From Takakia lepidozioides (lineage: Eukaryota > Plantae > Bryophyta): 64,000 nt of DNA. The stretch lies in assembly GCA_030704615.1 (NCBI GenBank), contig CM060732.1, positions 73,160,001 through 73,224,000 on the forward strand, in the 5' to 3' direction. Position 1 is the stretch's first letter. Each line of letters begins with the position of its first letter. This document shows positions 1 to 11,955 of the stretch, one piece after another. A program made the translations under genes and the position numbers. The notes beneath the pieces were generated by a model, which saw only the letters and a list, made by a program, of their open reading frames with translations, was not told the DNA's origin and searched no databases.

Positions 1-1454
1 AAGGACAGAGATGATCTCAGATGCAAAGGTTTCTTCCTTCATTCTCAGGCCAACAACAGTCGGGTGTGACTTGTTGGGATTGTGGAGGACCCCATGTCAA
101 GAAGGATTGCCCGGAGAGAGGCAAAGGGTCGGCACAGGCACAGCTGCTCCTGAGCCAAGAGGAGCAGATGTGGATTTTGACCCACAAAGGGGGGAAGCAA
201 GTCAACAGCCAAGGCTTCCACAATCTTTCACATTGACTGAGACAGTGCCAACTATGCCATCGATGGCACCCGCTTGCCCAAGTGTGTCGGATGTAGAGCC
301 ACGAGTGCTATTGGGGAGAGTTGGTGTGGCTCGGGAAATGCCAGTGGGTGGTGCTGCAAAGCAAGGTGCAGCTAGTACATTGTTGGGGGTGGCTACGGCG
401 GTTTGCCAAGCTCCATTGTTTTCTACAATGACCATTGCAATGCAGATTCGACCAGCGGCTATGTTCAGACTAGCAACTAGACTCCGTGAGAGTGCAGATG
501 CATTGGCACTGTCTGCGGAGATAGCAGATAAGGTATAGTCTCTGGATGCTTTGGATTCGAGGGTAAAGTCAGCCACAGCTGCGTCATGGCAAGCGGCAGC
601 TGCAAGGTTGCAGGAGTTGCCAGCTAGGCCAGCCATTGAGCGCAGCATGGTGACTCCTGGGGTAGTCTTGGTGGACAATCAGGATGGAGTGTTTCAATTG
701 GGTGCCCAATCGGGAGGAGGTATAGGCCACTACGGGTCTTGTTGGACTCGGGAGCACAGCCATTGATGTTGGGGAGAGCAGCAATTGCAGGCTTAGGCCT
801 TACAAAGGCGGATTTGGAGCCTTGCCCTTTCCAAATTCAAACATCTTGGGTGGTTCAGAGAAGGCGCGAGGGATTACACGCCATGAGCTCTGCATTTGAT
901 TGCAGCCGGATCATCCTACGGACAGCTCAGTCATGAGAGCTAAAGCCATTGTTACGGACGCGATGTCCTATGATGTGCTTGTTGGTGGGGCTGTGTTGTA
1001 CCCTATGGGCTTTACTTTGGACTTTTGGGAGGAAACGGCATCCTATAGGCCGGAATGGCAGTCAAGGGATGGTCGACGTGCACTGCTCCCAGTGCGGTTT
1101 ATTGGAAATGTAGCGGTGGATCATAGGAACATGATGCCCACATTGGCTGTATTCTCAAAGGTGGTGGCTTGGGGTGGTGACCTCTTGGAGGGCAATAGTC
1201 ATGCAGATGATAGGCCACCACCCGATGAGGACAAACAATTGGCATACAAGGCTGATTTGCTTCCTTATGTGCCTGTTCATATTCCACTATGGGGTACAGT
1301 TGGGAATTTGCATCGAGTAGCAGGCGAGTGTGTGCACCAAGCATGGTAGGAGACCTATCCATTGGTGAGTGAGGGGAATTCAGTGACATCACCTGGACCT
1401 CCTCAGTTAGCTCCTTTGGACACAGTGCCCATTATCTGGCAACAACCTGACTCA

Positions 1455-2380
1455 GGCATTTGTTTGCTAGACCTGTTTGGAGGCATGAGCACTGGGCTTG
1501 CAGGAGTGTTGCAAACATGAATCAAAGTACGCAAGTACTTGTATGTGGAGAAGGATGAGATTGCTCTGTGTGTTTCCATGCGCCATGTTGCTTCGCTCAC
1601 ACCTAAGTATCCTGAGTTGTTGCCTCTCTTAGCAATTCAAGGGTACCAAAAGGCCTTGCCAGCAGACATTACCTTGCTGGGGGCGAATGATTTGGACCGG
1701 CATGGTGCCATTGAATTGGTGATAACTGGGTGGCCTTGCCAAGGACATTCACCCGCAGGTCATGGTAATGGTTTGCAAGATGCACGATCGCATCTATTTT
1801 GGGAGATGCTGCGAGTGTTGCATGATTTGCAGGTGAGGCAAGTGCAACCTCTAGCTTACATCCTGGAGAATGTTCCTCCCAGTGTACATCAGATCCGGTC
1901 ATGGATTGGACCAGCCGTATTGTTGGATGCAGCTGCAGTGGGTTCACGGGCACATAGGCCTAGGTTGTGATGAACCAATCTTGCACCACCAGAGTTGCTC
2001 AAGAGAGTATATGATTCCATTCAACGGCCACCCAACCTCATGGTTGAGGGCATTTTGGACCAAGGGAGGCAACCACAGAGAGTGCGACATGATGATCGTC
2101 CACCTTTGGCAGTGGTCAATCAAGTGGGGCAGCCACTTGCAACCTTGCCTACGCTCATGAGCTTCCCTCGTCTCATGCTTTTCGAGACAATGGTCCTGGG
2201 TTGATTTGGGACAGTGTGCCACATCAATTGGTGGAGCCCAATGCGGATGAGCGAGAGCGGGCAATGGGATTTGCCACGGGCACTACAGCTGTGCCAGCTC
2301 TGTCAGAGGCATCACGACGTCAGGTGTTAGGTCAGACAATGGATCTCAATTGCTTGACATGGGTCATTGGCTTGTGTATG
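1455..2380 (+). pseudogene. DNA (cytosine-5) methyltransferase domain, DNMT3-like, embedded in the Gypsy polyprotein
   Basis: Motif I LDLFGGMSTG (1467-1496), motif II YVEKD, motif IV GWPCQG (1728-1745), motif VI ILENV (ENV at 1866-1874), motif VIII AHRPRL, motif IX ERERAMGF, motif X RRQVLGQTMD (2315-2344). In frame with the protease ORF (900-1349); stops at 1518 and 1968-1973, frameshift near 2165-2180. Confidence 0.92.
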
Positions 2381-3001
2381 GCTGAGCAACGGAGATTGCA
2401 AGCATTGGTGGCTACTTCCGCACTTCCATTGGATATTGCACCCTCTCTGCCAACCGGGACGGTGGAGGCAGTGAGTGGGGGCGAGCACAAGATCATGGGG
2501 TGCAAACACCCATGGCAGATGTGGGATGAGATGCGCAAAGAGAGAGTCATTGGATCTCTCAAGCAGCAATATGATGAGTGGGGAGAGCCATACACTGAGG
2601 ATCAATTGGAGGCCAAGGTGGCTAAGGTTTTTGAAGAGGTTGAGAATGTTTCTTATTCAGAGGATGTTCTCAAGGTGGCTATGGCGGAGCAAGTGGAGGC
2701 TACGCCATAGTCAGAGTGGGCGGACAAGGCCCAAGAGGTTGCTATCTAGCAACCAAAGGATTCGTCTCCTACCTCCAAGCCTGGTGTACCCAAGGTTGTA
2801 GTCACTGAGGACAATTGGGAACCAGATGTTGGACCTACAGTCACCGGACGAGAGAGACGGAGGATCCAGCGATTTCTAAGGGCTTATAGAAATTGCTTTG
2901 CCTTCGGTTTGAAGGATTTGAGGAGTTTGAAGGGTCAGGAGATTCGTATTGATTTGGCAAGTGACACACCAATCTTTTGAAGGCCCTACCGGTATAGTGA
3001 C

Positions 3002-4260
3002 ATGGAGAGGTCATTGATCCAGTCACGGACTATGAAGTTGTTCGAAGCTGGATTGGTGGAGTTGTCAGGCGGGGAGTATGCCTCGGCAACAGTGCTGCCA
3101 GCTAAGAAGGATATCTATGGCAATTGGACAGAAAGAAGGATGTGTGGGGACTATCGTCCTGTGAACCGTCAGACTAAGTCCGATAGATATGCCATGCCAA
3201 CTCCAGAGGAGATCTTTGATGCCATTGGGCATGCAAAGGTGTTTAGCACATTGGACTTGCGATCTGGTTACCACCAGTTGCCGATCAAAAAGGCTGACAA
3301 GCAAAAGACGGCATTCTGGGGGATTGACCAACATGGGAAGGATTGTTTGTACCAATGGCGGTTCTTACCGTTTGGGTTGAAGAATGCTCCTGCAGAGTTT
3401 CAGAGGGTCATGGATAGGATTCTCGCTGGGCTAGACTTCGCCCGGTGCTACATTGATGACATCATCGTCTTTAGTGCTACGGTTGAGGAGCATGAGAGAT
3501 ACCTTCAGGTGGTGTTTGAGCGCTTGAGAGCGCACGGGTTGAAACTCCACCCCGGAAAGTGCAAGTTCTTCCACAATCAGATTGAGTATCTGGGTCACAT
3601 GATATACCCTGGAGGATTGGGTGTTCAACAGACAAAGGTGGAGGCCATTGCATGCATTCCACGCCCCATGGATGTGAGCAGAGTTCGTGCTTTCATGAGA
3701 TTGGTAAACTACTATCGACGGTTTGTCAAGGGATTTAGCAGCATTACAAAGGCTCTTACCAAGTTGACCAAGGTGGGTCATGAGTGACAGTAGGAGGAGG
3801 AGCAGAAGGAAGCCTTTGAGGAACTCAAGGCTCGATTGACTTCTGCACCTATTCTGAGGCAGCCTATTCGGGGGCGGCCTTTCCAACTACATACGGATTG
3901 GAGTATGCTGGGGATTGGAGCAGTCTCACACATGTGGATGATGAGGGAAGAGAGTTTGTAGTGGCATATGCTAGCTGCTCGAACAATGATGCCGAGGCAA
4001 AGTATAGTTCCTATGAAGGGGAGTGTCTGGCTGCAGTATGGGCAGTGACACATTTTAGATGCTACCTCTATGACAATCGCTTCATTCTTGTCATGGATCA
4101 CCAACCATTGAAGTGGTTTGATGGAGTCAGACAAGCTTACAGGGAAGCTTGCACAGTGGGCACTTATGCTTCAAGAGTACGACTTCCAGGTGGTGCATCG
4201 AGCTGGAATAGTCAACCGGGATGCGGATGGATTGAGTCGCAATCCATGCTCAAGTGAGCT
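3002..4260 (+). pseudogene. Gypsy reverse transcriptase and RNase H
   Basis: RMCGDYRPVN, LDLRSGYHQL, LPFGLKNAPAEFQR, YIDD, KCKF..YLGH; RNase H motifs follow with stops and frameshifts. Confidence 0.95.
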
Positions 4261-6396
4261 TGATGATACAGGAGCTCGATGGCATGGTGAGATGGACAAG
4301 GAGATGGTGCCAGGATGGCATGCATCTGCCTTTTTATGCATTCTAGCAATGGGAGCTCAAGCTAGTCCATCCCATGTGATTGGTCATAGAGATAGTGTGC
4401 ATGACGATCCAGAGATCAGTGTGGAGCTTGGTGGTGCTAAGGATGTACATGAAGATGCAACAGTGTTGGCCTACCTTTGTACTAGAGAGACAACAACTAG
4501 TGTGACTGCTAAGGAGAGAAATCGGATCCTACAACAAGCCAAGAGGTTCAAGTGGGAGGGGACTCACCTACTCCGAGTATGGGAGGATGGACGAGTGAGG
4601 ATTGTGCCTCATCCAACACAGCGAGCGCGATTGGTACGCCATGCCCATGAGGAGTTGGGACATTTTGGGGTGCGGCGCACTCATAGTTTGCTGCAAGGAC
4701 AATATTGGTGGCGGGGCATGCACACGGATGTGCAATAATTAGTGGCAAGGTGCATGGTGTGTGATAGAGTGCAGGCTTTTTTTAATGCACCTACTCCACA
4801 ATTGCATCCTTTACCCATTATGGGTTTGGGCTATCATTAGAGTCTTGGCTTCGCAGGCCCATTGCCACTGACGATTCGCCATAACAAGTATGTGCTGGTG
4901 ATGGTGGAACATTTCTCCAAACACTAGAAGAGAAACCGGCTTTTTCCACGGTTTTTTTCACACTTTTTGCTGTGGAATCAGCCGCAGTCCACACCTGCCG
5001 TGGGCGTAAGGAACGACTAGTGCTTTCGGACATCCCGTGGACGGCCTGGCTCTCGAGTGGCCCTGTGGAAAAGTCCATGGGTGGCTTTTTCCACGGGAGG
5101 CTTTTTCCATGGGTGGGCTTTTTTCACGTGGTGCATGCTGACATGGCCGCTGACATGACCAATGGCATAGCTGACATGGCAGAGTGTGAAAAAAGCCAGT
5201 GTGACATGTTTCACGGCGGATTTCACACCTTGAACAAGCCACTATGCGACACGTGTCATATTTCACACCTTCGACAAGTCACTATGCAACACGTGTTCGT
5301 TCCTGTGTGGTGATACACATTAATTAATTATTATTTGCTTTCCAATATTAAGTTTGAATATTAATGGATTTAATTATTATATTATTATTATTATTATTAT
5401 AGGAAAAATGGACAGTGGCCTGGATGAGAACATTATTAAATAACAAAATATTGAAATTATGTTTTTAGAAATTATATTTATTCGCTCAGATACCAAAACA
5501 CGCCCTTTGTAGGGAAGGAGAGTTTGCCTTAATGTCTATGCTGAGTTGCATCTCCTACTTTCTGTAATCTAATAGACATTCACTTTTTTCCCTCGGTTGT
5601 CCCACCCTTGACTGTGGTTAGAAAAAACATTCATTCCACAGCTTCTCCTCATCTCTGTTACATGTTTTTGGATACTTTCCTATTGTCACTTTGGCAGTAT
5701 CAAGTCAAAATCACTCCAAACTATGTACCATCTACCCATGCAGGTTTCTTGTAGCTAACCCTCCACAAGGAATCATAAGTAATCTGGAGCTTGAAATTTG
5801 GCCCTCTTGGATGACACTCTATCCCTGCTCCTTCAGCTATCCATGCCTCTGCACAGATCATGCATACATCTTTGCATTGTTGTTAGCAGCTGACAATGAC
5901 AGCCTAGATTTGTTCCAGCAAACACCCAACTCAACTTATCACACCAGTTCCTATTCTCAATTGCATCTACCACTCTGTAATCCAAAGGCATTTACCTTCC
6001 AAGACGGTTATCCCAACATTGACTGGGGTCAGAAAAATATTCATTCCACAACTTCTCCTCTCTGTTACCTATTTCAGGATACTTTCCTATTGTCACTTTG
6101 GCAGTATCATGTCAAACTCACTCCAAACTATCAAAGGTTCACTCAACCAGCTAACTTGCAGAATTCTTAAAACATGAAAATTTAGGGCGATTCTGATAAG
6201 AGGGGAAAACATAGTGAAATGTGTTGAAGAAGGTGCCTTGATTAGCATTGCCTGATTTTATCAATTGTGCCGCTGCTGTTGCGGCTTCCAGTTGACCATC
6301 TACCCATGCAAGTTTCTTGGAGCTATTTTTCCACGGGGAATCACCCATTCCCGCATCATTGCTCATAGGTCTCCAAAGCCTCCATCCACGCCTTTG

Positions 6397-9144
6397 CTGT
6401 TACAACCCTTGCCGATTCCAGAGGGGACTTGGGAAAGCGTCTCGATGGATTTCATGACCGCTATGCCGCTGTCAAAAGGATTCGATGCAATCATGGTGGT
6501 GGTGGATAGGTTCAGTAAAATGGGCCATTTCATCCCCACCAAGGAGACGGCAACGACGCAGGAAACAGGGCGACTTTACTTCGCCCACGTCTTAAAGCAT
6601 CATGGAGTCCCGAAGGATATTGTCTCGGACCGCGATCCAAAGTTTACGAGTAAATTTTGGAGGGCACTTTGGAAGAAGATGGGGACGGGGCTGAAGATGA
6701 GCACCGCCTTCCGACCTACGACCGATGGCCAAACGGAAAGAGTGAATTCCGTAGTGAAGCAGATCTTGCGGAATTACGTGTCGGCAGACCAAACAGACTG
6801 GGTGGAACACTTAGACGCGGCAGAGTTCTGTTATAATAACACAGAACACTCCGCAACGGGAGTTTCCCCTTTCGTATTGGTCTATGGAAAAACAGCTCTG
6901 GTGCCGACAAGTTGGGCCGCCCAGGATGTTGAGGAACCGGCAGTAGCGGCGGTACTGGAAGAACGCGAGCGTTTGTTGAAGCTCGCAAAGTACAACATTG
7001 CCAAAGCTAGGAAACGGTATGAAAGGCAGATGAATCGAAAGCAGAGGGAAGTGAAGTTTGAGGCAGGCACGGAGGTCTGGCTGAACATCAAGAATTTCCG
7101 ACTACCTCCGGAAGTGAGTCCAAAGTTCGTACCTCCGTATGCGGGACCCTTCGCATCCGGAAGGTGATGAATGAGGATGTGTATGAATTGAAGCTGCCGG
7201 CAAACAACAAGGTGCATCCAGTATTCCACGTCTCCCTTTTGAAGCCTTACTTCAAAGATGAAGTGCGTCCGAATCGGCATCAAATGTTGCGTCCGCCACC
7301 TGTGCTGTTGGATCATGAAAATGAACCTGAGTACGAGGTGGAGGCAGTACTTAAGTCGAGGAGGTTCAAGAACCGAGAAACGGAGTATCTCGTCATATGG
7401 AAGGGCTATCATCATGTGGAGGCATCTTGGGTGCGTGCCTCAGAAATGGGAAACGCATCCGAGGCGGTTGCAGTTTTCGAAGGGCGACCTCAAAAGCGGA
7501 AGAAGCGTTGATGGGGACATCAACCTTGGAGCGTGGGGGAGGAAATGCATGCTTAGCCCGGCTTAGCTAGCTTAGGAATCCGATTGCAAAAACTTGTATT
7601 GTACAAAAATTTGTTATAAAAGAAATGGGTTCCAGATGTTGTGCGTCCTATTTTGTTTGGAATGGTGATGCATGGTGTGGTTGGCTAGTGTGTAAGATGC
7701 ATGCTAGCTTACAAAAGTGGGAGAGGTAAATTGGGTTAATTGTGTGTTTGCGCAGTGCCGAAATCGGGTGACTCCCATCCAAGGGGCAAGGAAACTTGCG
7801 CCTTCTTTAGGAGTTCACGTACAAGTGCGCACCTGGCACGTGCGCGTACTATAACTGCGCTACCGAGGGGGTTGCCTTGTAGTGCGGGCTAACGCGGAAG
7901 CTACATGCTTCCGTTCATGTACTATAATCGTGTAGCCTCGGGACGAAGTCGTAGTGCGGCTTCGCCGTGTTCCCGTACCTCAGGCCAACATTCCAAGGCG
8001 GACCCAATTGTAGTGATTGGGGCGCGCGGTTGGTTCAAGGTTATCTTCCCAGTCAAAGAGGGTTTGAGGTGAACCCTTGCTCAAGGTGATGCCAAAAGCG
8101 GCATCATGAGCGGTCGCAAGCAATGTTGTTGCAGTAAGGCGATTCGATCCTCGAGGAGGATCGTTCCTTGGCCTTGAAGTAGGCCAAGAAGAGTGCACTG
8201 GGAGGAGCTTGAGAGGCTCCACCCTTGGGCGAGACTTAGAGGAAGTCGGCCGAACTAGCTAGTGGAGAGTAGAGTCAAGTGTGGGGTTTGGTTCTTTGCC
8301 ATGGGACGCCATGGTACGGAAACAAACTCCTTGATGTGGGACGCCACAACTTGGATGTTTGTTTCCACAAAATGGACAAGCCAATGAGGACATCGACTCC
8401 CTGTTGGTAGGGGTGTGTGTCACGGCCCTTTGCCTTGAGGGCGGGGGGGTCGGGACACAAGAGGGGCTGCCCCTGTGGTGGGGGCAGTGGCAGCGATAGG
8501 TATGGGGGGCTGAAGCACCCTTGAGTGCCCAAGGCACTCAAGGAGGCGGAGGCGCTCACTAGGTGGAGCCCCGCACACCGGGTTGCGGTGGGGGTGGCTC
8601 CACAAGGGGTGGTGGTAGCTAGCGGGACTTAGTGGGGGTGGCATAGGACTCACCCTGGGGCGGAGACCTCGTGGTGGGAGTCATGGGGAGTCTTGGGACT
8701 CATCACGGTCCATAGGGGCCGTGGTGAGTGGGCCAAGACTCACCGCGACTCATCACCGGGAGTCGAGGGTGTTCGTGGTGGTTTGCCATAAAATGGCATG
8801 GTTGTTTGTGAAACCCCCGCGGACAGCTACAGAAGTATATATAGGGAGTAGTAACCCCAAGAACGGTGCAAGCCTGTTTGGTGACCAAAAACTAGTGAGT
8901 AAGCGAGCGAGCCGGAAAGCGACCAAAGAGTGGGGAGCTGTTCCCGGACTGCCAACTACCAAAGGGAATTCCGCTGGTTCCAAACCATTGGAGGGTTATT
9001 TGGGAGATCAAAGGGGGACCGTTATGCCCCGGTGAGCAGCCGGAGCTCCAAGTTGGCCCGGCGGCCAGGTTGGGAGTTAGGCGCGCGCATCAAGCGAGTA
9101 ACTATGACTTGAGGGGGGAACTTACAGAAGTGAGGTGCGCGACA
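6397..9144 (+). mobile_element. 5'-truncated chromovirus (Ty3/Gypsy) element: integrase core, chromodomain, 3' UTR and 3' LTR
   Basis: LLQPLPIP..SMDF..VVVDRFSK..IVSDRDPKF..TDGQTER..GPF; chromodomain YEVEAVLKSR..EYLVIWKGY..ASW (7330-7511); LTR 8418-9144. Confidence 0.9.
8418..9144 (+). repeat. 3' LTR of the chromovirus element
   Basis: Starts TGTCACG after a G-rich tract, ends CGCGACA (6/7 inverted match), contains TATATATA at ~8835; PPR sequence begins immediately after. Confidence 0.65.
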
Positions 9145-10017
9145 TGCAAGGTATGCACAACAGGGACGTGGGATGGAGGCTTTGGAGACCTATGAGCAAA
9201 TGATGGGGGAAGGGGTCCAGCCCGGCCACATCATGTTTGTATGCATTGCAGGCCTGGCAGCCCTGGAGAAGGGCAAAGAGGTGCATGGGGATATCATCAA
9301 AGCTGGAATTGTACCTAATGTCATTCTAAACACTGCCCTGGCAGCTCTGGAAAAGGGGAAGGAGGTCCATGGTGACACCTTTAGAGCTGGAATTGTACCA
9401 ACTGTCATTTTGAACAATACCCTAGTGGATATGTAGGCAAAATGTGGGTGCATCGGGGATGCAAAGGGAGTGTTCAACACTATGGCTGAATGAGATGTGG
9501 TGTCGTGGAGTGCGATGCTTGCAAGGTATGCATAGCAGGGACGTGGGATGGAGGATTTGGAGACCTATGAGCAAATGATGGGGGAAGGGGTCCAGCCCGG
9601 CCACATCATGTTTGTATGCATTGCAGGCTTGGCAGCCCTGGAGAAGGGCAAAGAGGTGCATGGGGATATCATCAAAGCTGGAATTGTACCTAATGTCATT
9701 TGAAACACTGCCTGGGCAGCTCTGGAAAAGGGGAAGGAGGTCCATGGTGACACCTTTAGAGCTGGAATTGTACCAAATGTCATTTTGAACAATACCCTAG
9801 TGAACATGTATGTAAAATGTGGGCGCATCGAGGATGCAAAGGGAGTGTTCAACACTATGGCTGAACGAGATGTGGTGTCGTGGAGTGCGATGCTTGCATG
9901 GTATGCACAGGAGGGACGTGGGATGGAGGCTTTGGAGACATATGAGCAAATGATGGGGGAAGGGGTTCAGCCCGGCCACATCATGTTTGTGTGCATTGCA
10001 GGCCTGGCAGCCCTGAT
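9145..10017 (+). pseudogene. Tandem PLS-class PPR fragments, 375-bp period
   Basis: Repeated VVSWSAMLA.YAQQGRGMEALETYEQM..ALEKGKEVHGD..LVDMYAKCG..DAKGVF; unit starts at 9173, 9548 and 9923; premature stops. Confidence 0.9.
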
Positions 10018-10029
10018 TTAAATCAGTCA

Positions 10030-10708
10030 CCTCAACCATGACCACAACTTCTAAAAGAGGATCAAGAGAGGGAGTCCATAATGCCTCTTCTGGCTCTTCT
10101 GGGCATGTGAAGATGCTTTGTGAGGGAGGCAGACTGAAAGAGGCTCTACAACCTTTAAACCAAGGAGCATTTCAGCAGATTTAGATATGTATGTCTGTCT
10201 CTTGCTTAAGTATCAAAATGAAGGGTCTGGAAGCTGGAAAGCAGGTGCACACTCACATTATCCAAAGTGGATTCACGCCAAGTGTTTTTCTCCTCAACCC
10301 CCTTGTGAACATGTATGTTAAGTGCAGGAGCATCATGAATGCACACCGAGTGTTCAACGGAATGCCTCAACAAACTTTGATCACGTTGAATATAATGTTG
10401 GCAGGATTTAACATGGGTGTGGTAGGAATGCTTTGGAGACCTATGAGCAACAGCTGCGCGAAGGGGTGAAGCCCAACCACATCACATTTGTTTGTAATGC
10501 ATGTGCAAGCCTGGGAGCTCTGGAAAAGGGCAAAGAGGTCCATGGTGACATCGTCAAATCTGGAATTGTACCCAATGTCATTCTGAACACTGCCCTGGTG
10601 GACTGCATGTATGCCAAATGTGGGTGCATCGAGGATGCAAAGGAAGTGTTTGACAGTACGGCTGAACGAGATGTGGTGTCGTGGAGTGCGATGATTGTAG
10701 GATATGCA
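10030..10708 (+). pseudogene. More divergent PLS-PPR gene 5' fragment
   Basis: LCEGGRLKEAL-type N-terminus, GKQVHTHIIQSG..LVNMYVKC..AHRVFNGM, NACASLGALEKGKEVHG..MYAKCGCIEDAKEVFD; frameshifts. Confidence 0.85.
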
Positions 10709-10810
10709 CCCGCTTGCTTTTTGTACTCGCTCCGGTTTTGTTGGCATGTGGTGCATGTCTTGACATACTCCTCTGCCTCCTCCCTCAGTTTGGGCCAGAA
10801 ATACTCTTTC
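10709..10810 (-). mobile_element. Displaced piece of the chromovirus integrase zinc-binding region
   Basis: KEYFWPKLREEAEEYVKTCTTCQQNRSEYKKQAG, which normally immediately precedes LLQPLPIP (found at 6397 on the + strand). Confidence 0.85.
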
Positions 10811-11955
10811 TGCCAGGCCTGCAATGCATACAAACATGATGTGGCCGGGTTGGACCCCTTGTTGCTCATAGGTCTCCAAAGCCTCCATCCCACGTCCCTG
10901 CTGTGCATACCTTGCAAGTATCGCACTCCACGACACCACATCTCGTTCAACCATAGTGTTGAACACTCCCTTTGCATCCCTGATGCACCCACATTTTGCC
11001 TACATATCCACTAGGGTATTGTTCAAAATGACATTTGGTACATTCCAGCTTTGAAGGTGTCACCATGGACCTCCTTCCCCTTTTCCAGAGCTACCAGGGC
11101 AGTGTTTTGAATGACATTAGGTACAATTCCAGCTTTGATGATATCCCCATGCACCTCTTTGCCCTTCTCTAGGGCTGCCAGGCCTGCAATGCATACAAAC
11201 ATAATGTGGCCGGGCTGGACCCCTTCCCCCATCATTTGCCCATAGGTCTCCAAAGCCTCCATCCCACGTCCCTGTTGTGCATACCCTGCAAGCATCGCAC
11301 TCCACGACACCACATCTCGTTCAACCATAGTGTTGAACACTCCCTTTGCATCCCCGATGCACCCACATTTTGCATACATGTCCACTAGGGTATTGTTCAG
11401 AATGATATTTGGTACAATTCCAGCTCTGAAGATGTCACCACGGACCTCCTTCCCCTTTTCCAGAGCTGCCAAGGCAGTGTTTAGAATGACATTAGGTACA
11501 ATTCCATCTTTGATTCTTTGATGATATCCCCATGCACCTCTTTGCCCTTCTCAGGGGTTGCCAGGCTTGCACAAGCATTGCAATGCACACAAACATGATG
11601 TGAGAGGGCAAAACAGGCTGAAATAGGTCAAAGAAGAAGATGCCCTCACCACATTGTCCTTGAGATTGTGTCATGACTTGACCAACCATCAACCCAGAAG
11701 GACCTCTTGTGTGTGCTGCTTGTGTATGTAGTCAGGTAATGTCGGTTTGGTCTGTGAGATCGAACCACCATGGTGTAGCTGAGTAGGCAGAGATTGAAAC
11801 ACGGCTTGCTAAGACCAAGCTAACTCTCCCAAGAACGGCAAGCTCGCAAGAATGTTGCGAGCTTCTCCTCGTCTCATCTCCTCCTCCTCTCCTCCTTCGC
11901 TCAACGCCTCCATCCCACGCCCCTGCATATCCTACGTTCATCGCGTTCCATCCCT
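10811..11955 (-). pseudogene. Tandem PLS-PPR fragments on the minus strand (same unit as 9145-10017)
   Basis: ORF 11023-11472 and neighbours repeat the same motifs; a further short piece WNAMNVGYA..GRGMEAL at ~11900-11952. Confidence 0.88.

Noticed and set aside
1455-2380. Bacterial restriction-modification MTase from contamination or horizontal transfer
   Set aside because: The domain is embedded in frame in a Gypsy polyprotein, shares its decay pattern and has DNMT3-type motifs; no bacterial context.
7535-7550. Purine run GGGGGAGGAAA-TG (and GAGGGGGGAA at ~9111) as the chromovirus PPT or LTR start
   Set aside because: The TGTCACG (8418)...CGCGACA (9144) pair gives better inverted LTR termini; cannot be proven without the 5' LTR.
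7980-8653. Antisense ORFs in the chromovirus 3' region
   Set aside because: Short, GC-rich, partly overlapping the LTR, and without a recognisable domain.
9145-11600. Functional PPR gene or CRISPR-like array
   Set aside because: Units are protein-coding PPR repeats with stops and deletions, no spacers, and no convincing E/DYW domain.
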